Positions 1 to 15,534 of a stretch of 64,000 nucleotides of DNA are shown here, in pieces (position 1 is the first letter of the stretch; every line of letters starts with the position of its first letter). This stretch comes from Blastocystis sp. Blastoise (Eukaryota; Protista; Bigyra: Opalinata): positions 62,001-126,000 of the forward strand of contig JBBPEB010000011.1 in assembly GCA_039096225.1 (NCBI GenBank), given 5' to 3'. The notes beneath the pieces were generated by a model. It was not told the origin of the DNA. It was given only the letters and a program-made list of their open reading frames with translations, and ran no database searches. The position numbers and the translations under genes are program-made.

Positions 1-49
1 AAACCGGTGATATATTCATAGACGGTTTTTTGTAAATCTCTATTTATCA

Positions 50-728
50 TAGAGACTTGCAAAATTATTCCCGCGGGAATTTTAAAAATTGCACTTCTTA
101 AATTGCACTTTTTTTATTTGAATTGACAAAAATGTATTATTGCCACAATTAGCTATATGTATGGTTGCTATGCTCTAGTCTTGATCAGTATATCTGTAAT
201 AGTGTGTAATTGTTTCATTTTTAAAGGAATTAATGTTCTTGTGGCACTTTAGCAGAAAATATTAGACATTCCATTTACAAAAGTCTTTTTAAATGGTCTT
301 AAAGATTGATATATGAAACTAAAATGCATTCTTAGTGTTTCTAGTCATATACAACTGAGAATTATAAAAGTCACTGTTAAATTATAACGAAATTAAGTGA
401 TTATCCTTCAAATTATTTTATGTGGATTTATCTAACATTTTATCTTTCATTATTATCTAGATTATATATAAAGCATCTTAGATATGAAAAATAATATAAA
501 GAAGAAAATATGACAACACATTTCCCCATTCATTTCCATAAAAATTGAAATTTAATTTTTTTTTACCAAATTCAATTCGATACAAGACATCATTATAAGC
601 TCATTTATGAAGGTTCCACTTGAAACAACCTATTTAAACCACTTAATTGTGGCAAAAGTTAAAAAATTGCACTTTTTTTTTTGTGACCCTAAAAATTGCA
701 CTTTTTACCCGGGAATGTCAAGTCTCTA
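50..728. mobile_element. Non-autonomous hAT-like DNA transposon (MITE), 679 bp
   Basis: Terminal inverted repeats are TAGAGACTTG (50-59) and CAAGTCTCTA (719-728). The 8-bp flanks ATTTATCA and GTTTATCA match 7/8, as expected for a target-site duplication (TSD). AAATTGCACTT occurs twice near each end and CCC(GC)GGGAA at both ends. No ORF. Confidence 0.75.
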
Positions 729-1653
729 GTTTATCATTATGTAACGAATATATGATGTTATTATATTTTAAAAAATACGCATTGTAAATCAATGTTATAT
801 ACTGGCATGTATCTATTTGTACTAACTTTTTATATCTTAAAGTAATTTCGTTACACATCATTTGCTTTTTTTTAATAATTCATACTCTCTTTAGTCATTT
901 TATGCCTTATTATGTCAATCCTAATAAGAAACTATTTTTAAATTTAAAATTCATGTTTTATCCAATTCTTACATTTTTGTATTCTTTATTGTTATTAAGT
1001 TTCTTAAACTTCTTCTATCATCTCACAATAAAATAAACTACAATTGTTTATTTAATTGAAATATATTTTTTTACGATTCATAATGACTCGTAATATACAA
1101 TAAACTATAATTATAAAAAGTGACAATAATGCGTCCCATATTGAAATTTATTTGAATAACACGATATCTTGAACATTTTCATTCCACAATAGTTCTTTGT
1201 GTACTATCTCTAAGAACTTTTTTGATAATCATCACTAATCCTACTTATAGAACACATAATATCAATTTATAAATAGAAAAAAATGCATTTGTTAATTCAA
1301 ATATTATGAAAACTATACGGTTTGAATTCTTTTTTTTGGTTCGATTTCTTCCAGCTATCTTGTGTTTTTCTTCTATTTATTTAATTGTAATCTCTTCAAT
1401 TTCTATTAGAAATACTTTTCCTTTATTTAACTAACTAAGGTATAATTATATATTCATTCTTAAATTACTTTTTTTACAATTATGTTGAGATAATTCAGTA
1501 TTGATATGATTTTTAAAGTTAAAAACGATCTCATTTCATATCCTCAATATTGTTGAATCTAATATTTATATAAATGATATATGTTCTATAGAATTCACTG
1601 TTCCTATTGTAAACAAAGTTTTCAAAAACTCAGATATCTGAAACCAATCCAAT

Positions 1654-5404
<3,751 letters not shown>

Positions 5405-5627
5405 AATCAATTTTCTTTTTTTCAAATAAACAATATTTGATTTCATTCTCTATTATAAAAAAAAATATGCATATGCATAATATTTGTTTAGTTTACATTA
5501 TAATTAATTGAACAACAACAACTTTTAAAATTAAAATGAAATAGTACAATGCATTTTTTTTAGTACAGGAATATGCGATCACAAAATTATATTTTTTATA
5601 TAATAGATAGAAAAATAATAATCGTCT

Positions 5628-6333
5628 TTAACATTTAGCTCTAGCTTTTTCCATTAATTCAAGAGGTTTTGTGATATTCTTTAAATTAGTATCTACTACT
5701 TCACCATTACAAACCATTTCATCTAAAATAAAATGAGCACGCTCAAGATTAAACATAATCTATATATTATTATGTTTATTGTTTTTTATTATATATATAT
5801 ACATCTAATTCACACTATATATTATCATTTTGGAATATTATTTTTGTATTGTTGGAAATACATATAGAAATATAATTAAATAATAAATAAATAATAAATA
5901 AATATAATTAAAATAATAAATAAATAAATAATAAAAACATACAACATTACCAAAGAATTTATCTAATGTTTCAACATAACAATGAATAAATTCAAGAATA
6001 CCAATTTCATTCTATAAAAATAATAAATAAAAAAAAATAAATAATAATAATTTATACTACAAAAAGAATAATAATTTAATAATAAAAAAAAAAACAATAT
6101 ACATCTTCTCCTTCAAGATCTACACCAACAATAAAGAAAATAGAAGCATAACGTCTGAAAATAATCTTATATTTATCATATTCAATGAAATTACATTGAT
6201 TATCCTTTACACCAAGACATTTACGAACACATTCACCTTCAAGTTGTACTCTTTGATCAATGTTTAAGAACTCGTAATAAACAGACATACGAGTCTGACC
6301 TAATTTATTAACAATCAAGAAAAATTGGATCAT
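5628..6333 (-). CDS. AP4S1: AP-4 adaptor complex sigma subunit, copy A (4 exons)
   Basis: MIQFFLIVNKLGQTRMSVYYE..IIFRRYASIFFIVGVD / NEIGILEFIHCYVETLDKFFGNV / CELD / IMFNLERAHFILDEMVCNG. This is the clathrin adaptor small-chain signature, closest to sigma-4. Confidence 0.88.
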
Positions 6334-6638
6334 ATTTAATGTTTAATAGTAGAAGAGACTTTACTTAATTTAATAATGAAAACACATCTAAAATAAAAAA
6401 AATGTTTTGGGGTTTTAATGGGAATACTTCAATCTTTGGGTGATCTTTGCTAGTTTCCAAGAATGCCTGTCTATGTCGCCTTAACACGACAGAATGCTAT
6501 TGTATTGGAAATATGCCAATTTGCTAATAGAACATTTATAAGACACAACTTATCGTGAATAAGAAATGATTTTTTTAATAAAATAGTGAACCAGTTTATC
6601 TTCAATACTAAGCTTACTGTTCTATTTATTATTTTACA

Positions 6639-7298
6639 ATGATCCAATTTTTCTTGATTGTTAATAAATTAGGTCAGACTCGTATGTCTGTTTATTACGA
6701 GTTCCTCAATATTGATCAAAGAGTACAACTTGAAGGTGAATGTGTTCGTAAATGTCTTGGTGTAAAGGATAATCAATGTAATTTCATTGAATATGATAAA
6801 TATAAGATTATTTTCAGACGTTATGCTTCTATTTTCTTTATTGTTGGTGTAGATCTTGAAGGAGAAGATGTATATTGTTTTTATTATTAAATTATTATTC
6901 TTTTTGTAGTATAAATTATTATTATTTATTTTTTTTATTTATTATTTTTATAGAATGAAATTGGTATTCTTGAATTTATTCATTGTTATGTTGAAACATT
7001 AGATAAATTCTTTGGTAATGTTGTATGTTTTTATTATTTATTTATTTATTATTTATTTATATATGTATTTCCAACAATACAAAAATAATATTCCAAAATG
7101 ATAATATATAGTGTGAATTAGATGTATATATATATAATAAAAAACAATAAACATAATAATATATAGATTATGTTTAATCTTGAGCGTGCTCATTTTATTT
7201 TAGATGAAATGGTTTGTAATGGTGAAGTAGTAGATACTAATTTAAAGAATATCACAAAACCTCTTGAATTAATGGAAAAAGCTAGAGCTAAATGTTAA
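6639..7298 (+). CDS. AP4S1: AP-4 adaptor complex sigma subunit, copy B (4 exons, including 12-nt micro-exon 7112-7123)
   Basis: Encodes the same protein as copy A, with the same three GT-AG introns; stop TAA at 7296-7298. Confidence 0.88.
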
Positions 7299-7974
7299 AA
7301 CATATACATTTATATGAAAGTGATTGTTTCGTTTCTTCCTTGTATTATATGTTCTTCTGTAATTATACATATATATATTTAATGAATATTTTAAATTCTT
7401 TTGTTTGTTATCATGTGTTATACATATATATAATACACTAGCTGTATCAACAAGTACATTTGTTGATTACTTCATCTCATTTTCAAAATTCTATAAATAC
7501 GTGTTCATGATCGTTTCTTCATTTAAAACAATTCGTTTTTATTGGTCAAAGTTATTATATAACAAAAATAGATAACATTTTTTTGAAAGAATACTCAATT
7601 TTCTTTTTTCTTGTATCTAAAATCATCACAAAGATTTTTTACAATTCATTCTATATATAGAAATGTATACAATGTGACTCTATCCTGATATCTCAACTTG
7701 ATCTTGATAGGGAAATCCTATTAGAACAAAAATATGAACATTTAATTTTTGTGTGTTTTCAACAACAATATGATTTGCTATTATTTGATGATTCGCAAAT
7801 CATCAATCAGATTCACCTAATATCGGCATCTGATTGGTTTTTCGTTGAGATTTCAAATTGAGATTTTTTTGATAAAAAGGAGATTGTGCTCTCTGTTTTT
7901 GGTTCCTTTATTGTTTCTTCAATTCGTTTATTATTTAATTGTTTATTATTCTTAGTTAAATAAGATTTTAAAAA

Positions 7975-8686
7975 ATGAATAAGTTATTCTTATTAAGTAT
8001 GCTTGTAATGGTAGCATACAGCCAACATTTTGGCTTTGATCGTATGAATGGTGACTTACCTGGATATCCTATCGATCTCATCGAGAACCCAACATGGCAA
8101 GAATGCGAAAGACTTTGTAATGAAAACCCTGAATGTGAAATCTGGGCTCTTCAACCTGCTAATTGTCCTGCTACTCAATCGAACAATGCTAAATGTTGGT
8201 TAAAGAAAGGTGAAACAACATTTGCTTTGAATAATTGTAGAGTTTCTGGTGTTAAGGATATTTCTCTTACTAAAGTAGCCTTTGAACGAGCTACTCTTGG
8301 ACATATTCTTCCTAACGGATGGATTAAAAACTGGTTGAATCAACAAGCTGAAAGTCTTTCAGGACATTTACAAGAATTCTGGGCTGATATTCAAGATTCT
8401 TGTATGAAACGATTATTATAGATATATATATGTTGTTTTTATTGAATATAAATACTATTATAGATATATTATTGCTTTTTAATTAATATATAATACATTA
8501 AATAGGATTATATATGTATATATGTATATATATATATAGCCTGGATAGGCGGTAATCACGATGGCGGTTTACATGAGCGTTTTCCCTATTGGATGAACGG
8601 CGTTGTTCCTATGGCTTATGAACTAAATAACACTAAACTCATTAAACAAGTATTATATTATTATATAGTTTGAGTTTTGTTATGTA

Positions 8687-8717
<31 letters not shown>

Positions 8718-8819
8718 GGTTGAGCAGTTAGTATCTTTTGTTCTCGAGAATCAGAGTACTGACGGATGGATTGGTCCTGATGATGCTACAGATGCAGATC
8801 AATACTGGTCCAAGTATAT

Positions 8820-8864
<45 letters not shown>

Positions 8865-9194
8865 GGTTCCCTATGATCAATGTATTATTAATATACAGAG
8901 AAGCTAATCCTGATGATACACGTATTATTCCTGCTGTTAAGAAACTTTATCATGAAATATTTAATAGAATGTTAAAGGTATATATATATATATTATATAT
9001 ATATATAATATATATATAGGTTCCTTATACTGAGACTAGTTGGTCAGGTGCTCGTTGGGCTGATCTCGTATATACTGTTCATAAAGTGATGGAAGAAGAA
9101 ACAGATAAATGTATATATATATATATAGTAAAGAATATAGTTTTATATTTATTGTATCCCATTTAATATAAATATTATAATAATACTCGAATTG

Positions 9195-9230
<36 letters not shown>

Positions 9231-10640
9231 CTGAGAAGCAGTTCTTATTTGATTTAGCTGAATTGGCCCATAAACAAGGTTTCGATTGGGACAAGTGGTA
9301 CAATGAGAGAATTCCCCACGGGAGTGCTGAAGCCAATCAGTATACTCATGGAGTCAACAATGCTCAAGCCATGAAGGGGTGCGCTGTCTGGTCTCGTCAA
9401 TCTCGTGATCCTGAATATAAGAATAAATGCTTAAAATGGGTCAATACTATTATGGAATATCATGGACAAGCTTATGGTTTATATGCCGCCGATGAGCATC
9501 TCGCGGGCAGAAATCCCTCTCGTGGAACAGAATTATGTACGGTTGTTGAATGGATGGAATCCATGGATATTATTGGATCTATTCTTGGTGATTCTCGTTT
9601 CTTTGATTATTCAGAAATGGCTGCTTATAACGCTTTCCCCGCGACTATGACCAGCGATATGTGGGCTCATCAATATCTTCAATTAGCCAATCAGGTTGAA
9701 GCTAAGCACATGGGTATGAGGGATCTATAATCATTTTTTCTCTCACTATATATATATATATATATATAGATCCTCATCCATGGGTTTATGATGGTCCTGA
9801 TTCTATTTTGTATATATATAAATATTTATATAACTATATATATATATATAGATATGGTTTAGAACCTAATTTCGGTTGTTGTACTGCTAATTTTAATCAA
9901 GGTCTTCCCAAATTTGTTCGTAGTATGATTATGAAGGGTGACAATAGCTACGTCATCGCTCTCTTAGGACATATCCTTTATATATATATATATATATATA
10001 ATATATATTATTTATTTATTTATTATTTCTTTAATAATATACCTTCTTTCTATAAGGATGAGGATGTAGTTATAGAAGTCACTTCCCTCTATCCTTTCGA
10101 AGATACATATACTGTTCATGTGGATTCCAAGAAAGATACTTCTATTCTTCTTAGACATCAATCTTTTAGTGATGGTATGATGATTAAACTTGATGGATAT
10201 ATATATGAATTAAAAGATACAGAATATTATGGATTTGGAAAGGTAGAAATAAAGAAGGGAGTTCACGATATAATCGTTGAAAATCACTATCATATCAGAG
10301 CTGAAAAGAGATTTAATGATGCTATCAGTATGTACAGAGGTGGATTATTATTCTCTCTTCCTATTGGTGAACAACGTAACGTTCTTAGAACGTATTATAT
10401 GGATAGTAAAGACTATGAAATGCTTAATACTACTGCTTGGAATTATGGTATTTATATGGATATTGAACACCCAGATAAATACTGTTCCTTCGAGCACGTG
10501 TCCGCCCCTCATAAAACAGAACCTTTCTCTATTGATAATCCCCCAGTCAGAGTATACTTATTCTCGTCTCTTTATTATTAGCATTTATACAAATTCATTT
10601 ATTATTCATATATTTATATATATCTTTCTTTCTTTCTCTA

Positions 10641-10679
<39 letters not shown>

Positions 10680-10850
10680 CTTTAGCTTGTCTGTTCCGGT
10701 GCCTCTATCGAATGGGGTCTTGAAAATAATAACGCTGCTCCTCCTCCACAATCTCCTGTAAAGCCTATTGGTGAGAAACAAGAAATTGTTCTTGTTCCTT
10801 ACGGTAATACCGATATACGTATCTCCGAAATACCCTCCTTAGAGAATTAA
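7975..10850 (+). CDS. Secreted GH127/GH146-like (DUF1680, beta-L-arabinofuranosidase-like) glycoside hydrolase with N-terminal PAN/apple domain
   Basis: Signal peptide MNKLFLLSMLVMVAYS, then a PAN-like segment (ECERLC..C..CWLK). Catalytic-domain motifs: PNGWIK, ERFPYWMNG, HGVN, ADEH, GTELCTVVE, CCTANF, YPF and LVPYG..RISE. About 9 exons. Confidence 0.85.
9971..10042 (+). other. AT-AC U12-type intron in the GH127-like gene
   Basis: ATATCCTTT...TTTCTTTAAT-AATATAC. Removal gives ALLGPSFY, matching the family's (L/Y)GPS motif, in place of a 24-aa YI-rich insert. Confidence 0.85.
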
Positions 10851-11338
10851 ATATATTAACAGATTTCTGTATATATATATAATTTGTCTATTTCTTTATT
10901 TCAACTCCATTATTTCATTATTGTATAATGTGATCTATATATTGTTGAGTTATGACATTTTATATTATTTAAGTACTATATATGTATATGCTAACTTATA
11001 AATAAAATGATTTTTTAAAAATAAATAGTGATCAAGAAATTTATATAAAACAACACACGAATATATTATTATATCAAAGTAAATAATATATATAGTTGCT
11101 GTATTTTCTGTTTAACACTATTGATTTATATTCATTTATTTATTAATAGAATGCAATATAGTTAAACTAATAATAATGAACAATAACAAAACTATTTTTT
11201 TTATTTCTAGGAAATTTATTCCCATTCTTAATTAAAAAACAAATCACCCAAAATTTCTTCAAACTATATAAAAATATACATAATAATAAATATAATAATA
11301 AATATAATAATAAATATAATAATAAATATAATAAAAGT

Positions 11339-12618
11339 TTACCCAATATAACCAAGAATATAATGTATTTTGTATTGTTGAAGAAAGTGAGTGTTCCCGC
11401 GATTCGAGAAGCTTATATCGTTTACATTCCAAGAATAGATCGATATAAAAGAGTGTCTATAATGATATACATGGATATATAGAAGACTAATAAAAGTCAT
11501 AGATATATAATAATAACTATATAAATAAGTGTAATAGAATATAGATACAGTATATCCATAAGGAAGCAATATAGTGCGAATACAGTCAAAGGTTTTGATT
11601 AGGAATCCTAAGTCGATGGGAAACAGAGATGCATATACTGCTACAGAACGCAGATTAGAATAGATAATTTTTTGAAGTTCAAATCGTTCTTGAGGTGAAT
11701 AAGTATTGATATCTCCTTTAATATTACGATCTGTGAGTACAGAAACAAAAAGATTTATGAGTTCGTCATCAAATTGAAGAGATTCGAACTTCTTTTGGAA
11801 CTTCTTTGTATTATGTGTTCTCAGTCCTTCTTTTAGAATGTTCTGGAAGTTACTGCGAATAGCATCATGATCACCTATATATATAATATAATTTAATATA
11901 TATAATATAATATTAAATATATATAATATATACTATTAGCAATAGAGAGTATAAAATCAGAATATAAGAATAGAAAGGAGGGATTTAAATGATGATATAA
12001 ACCATGGTCCAAAATAACCTATATAATAATATATAATAAAATATTAAATAATTAATAAACTATTATATATAATTAATAAATAGAATATATACAAGTTCTG
12101 TGAAGCCATGATTATTTCGGACAAGAATGTTTCCCCCGTGGGGATCTGCATGAATATAATGATATTTGAATACCATGTCTAAATAGAGGTGAATGAGCGA
12201 AGGAACTGCAGATGATAACGTTGTTAATGAAGAAGGGTCATTCATAGCTTTATCTATTTGTGTTCCTTCTTCGAAGGACATTGTGAGAATACGATGAGAA
12301 CAGAACCGTGGGTATACTTCCGGTACTTTTAAATAACTATATATATATATTATATATACTTAATTGGATAATATATTCATATCGTGTGATTCTTATAGAA
12401 TAAAATAATATATATATATATATAGAATAGATACGAATAAGGTTTGATCATTTCTGTGCATATTTTCATGTTTTCAGTCTCATTCAGAAAGTTTAATTCA
12501 ATAGGTAAATTGTGAGACATTTCTTCAGCAAACCAGGTGTAATCGAAAGAAGGGAATACCAAAGATATAAACTATATATATATATTATATATATAAGAGG
12601 AAGAGATAGAAGAAAGAG

Positions 12619-12670
<52 letters not shown>

Positions 12671-12723
12671 TTTGAATACTATTTGTACAAATGCCATATC
12701 TAACGGTTCAGTCTCATATAATC

Positions 12724-12792
<69 letters not shown>

Positions 12793-13368
12793 GATGTTGT
12801 ATCTTGACAGCTACTTCTTCTCCTGTACGTAGCTTGGCTCGATGCACCTATATATATAATATATAATATATAATATATAATATATAATATATAATATATA
12901 ATATATAATATATAATATATAATATATAATATATAATATATAATATATAATATATAATATAGAATATATAATATATAATATATAATATATAATATATAAT
13001 ATATAATATATAATATATAATATATAATATATAATATATAATATATAATATATAATATATAATATATAATATATAATATATAATATATAATATATAATAT
13101 ATAATATATAATATATATAACTTAAAAAAAAACATAATAAATATGAATTCAAAAGAAATATTATATATATATACTTGACCAAGTGACGCTGAAGCAATAG
13201 GTTTCTTATCGAATTCGATAAAGATATCTTGTAACGGTTTCCCCATATCTTTCTCGAGGATATATTGTACTTCTTGGAAGGTTGATTCTAAAGTAGAAAA
13301 TAAACATGGTTTTAAGTTATTTATATATTCAGGAGGAAATAAATAAGGCATATTAGCAATTGTCTATA

Positions 13369-13411
<43 letters not shown>

Positions 13412-14297
13412 TATATTATTCAAATAACTTTTGATAATATATATATACCTGTCCTGTTTTGACATATATGCCTTCATTCTTCAAGACAATTTGACATAAT
13501 AATTTACTATTACGATCGTGAATTCTGCTCTCTATATCATCCTATATATAGAGATAATAAGTATAGTAATATATCATCATTATAATAACATAATAAATAA
13601 TAATAAAAAAGAACAACAATAAACATAATAAAGATAACAGTAATTATAAACATAATAAAAATAACAATAATTATAAACAAAATAAAAATAAAATAACAAT
13701 AAAAATAAAATCACAATTAAAAAATAAAAGTATAAATAAAATCACAATAATAACAATAAAATAAACACAATATACTGTATTCGTAACATGGTAATATTTT
13801 CTTAATATAGGTAAATAGATATAATAATTCCAGGCATAATCGCCCAATATCCGCGGTAATGCGACTCCCATTCGGAGACATCGCATAACAGATCGCCAAT
13901 AATATTTATATCTATATATATACAACCCAAATTATTATTATAAAAGCCATTATAAAAAATTATAAAATTATAAAAATAAAACAATTACATACTCTTTTTC
14001 AGCAATACAATCTCTTGATGATAAAACTTGTTTTTTAAGTGCATAAACATATTCTTTGATTAAATTACCCCAAATTGATTCGTTTCCACAATATGCATGC
14101 TTTGTTTCAAAAAGTGGCTGTTCATTATATTTTTCCATGTTTTTAGGTATAATTTGCTGCAAATATTTTTTATTTTTGAAAGTTGTAAAGTCTGAAGCAA
14201 GCGCATACTTTAATGGATAAATTAAATATAGAGATCCAACAATAGTGAAGGATATTTTACAAAATCTTAATGTACGTGCATATATTTGTGTAGACAT
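11339..14297 (-). CDS. ABC1/ADCK (UbiB-family) atypical protein kinase, ADCK1-like
   Basis: Exons encode [59 protein letters not shown] and LDHG. Confidence 0.88.
12726..12791 (-). other. 66-nt intron consisting only of G(TA)32G
   Basis: Removal joins KIQHR to GLYETEPLD in frame. The intron holds nothing but the TA repeat between its terminal G residues. Confidence 0.85.
12848..13118. repeat. Intronic 7-bp tandem repeat (ATATAAT)n
   Basis: Direct inspection; it produces the YILYIIY pseudo-ORFs. Confidence 0.9.
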
Positions 14298-15135
14298 TAG
14301 TTATATTAAGAATTAATATTATGTGTTTATTAATAACTGACTTTGTGTATATAGACTTGTATATTTATTGTTGTAAATATCATTGAAAGAATTGTTTTTT
14401 TGCTTCCAAAACTAGAACAGTTCCAAAAAAGTCGTTTTTTATTTCTCTTTTTTACGAATATAACATACATATGCATTTAATTTGAATCTAATTGCTTCAA
14501 AGTATTTATATATTCTTTATGCTATGAAAATCTATTAATAATTTTATCACAGAATAAAAATGATTTTGATGTAGTTGATTTTAAAAGATAAATGTTTTAT
14601 AGATTTAAAAAAAAGAAATTGAATACATAAGAATATTGAAAAGTATTCATTAAGTTCATTGTTGTACAAATATAAAAATTATTGGAGTTATTATTTTAAT
14701 TATTATTATATAGAATAGATATTTTATATTGTGTTACTATGAAAAATATATTTGTATATGATATAGTGAATAATAGGTGAGAAAACAAATGATTATTAAA
14801 ATACCTTAGTGATTTATAATAATATAAATTAATTATAAGCTATAATGACCCAATTGATCTTTTTAATGAACAAATTAACAATTATGACAATTATAAGAGA
14901 AAAAACTAAAAAGAAAACTGATTTCCAAATATAGCAAACTTTATTTATACATGACAAAATTAGCAAAGAATATACATTGAAATGATTATTAATAAAGATG
15001 AACACTAGAAAGCAAAATACTTATGAGTCATCATCCAAGAATGATGCTTCTCAGCAATCTTTTTGATATTCCCTTTAGTAGTTCACTATTTTTTTGTATT
15101 TGATTTAAAATCAAATCAAACAAATACGTTATTTT

Positions 15136-15275
15136 CAGGGTTCGCTACAAAGACTCTGCTGGGGTACAAAACTCCTAAAAGAGCCAGTTTTAAGGGTACT
15201 TCTGGCGGCTCAAGGCGTAGGTACAAAACCTTCTGGGGTAGACCCCTTACCCTGGGTAGGCTATGGCGAACACTG
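15136..15275. mobile_element. 140-bp hAT-type MITE (family also at 30185 and 50081)
   Basis: Ends are CAGGGTTCGC and GCGAACACTG. There is a perfect 8-bp TSD, GTTATTTT (15128-15135 and 15276-15283). It is a GC-rich island and a reverse-complement homologue of the 30.2-kb copies. Confidence 0.9.
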
Positions 15276-15534
15276 GTTATTTTAATGTAGTTATTTCATA
15301 TATAAAAAAGGAAGTGACCCTTAAAATCACGGGGAATTCTTTTTGATGAAAAAAAAACAGGAAAGTTGGAAAAAAGGACATTCTTTCTAAAAGATTTCTT
15401 TGTTAAAGCTTTGATCTATTTTGAAGGACATTTTATAACTAGTATTACTAGAGTTTATATAAGTGTAGATATAGAAAAGTAAGTCTTTTGTTATTGTTTT
15501 TTAGTTTAATGAACATAATATAGGATAAAAAGTC

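Noticed and set aside
7395-7412. Blastocystis-type polyadenylation-created stop codons (a TGTTTGTT motif occurs downstream of AP-4 sigma copy B)
   Set aside because: Every complete gene I rebuilt has a genomically encoded stop, and one motif instance is not enough to support the mechanism.
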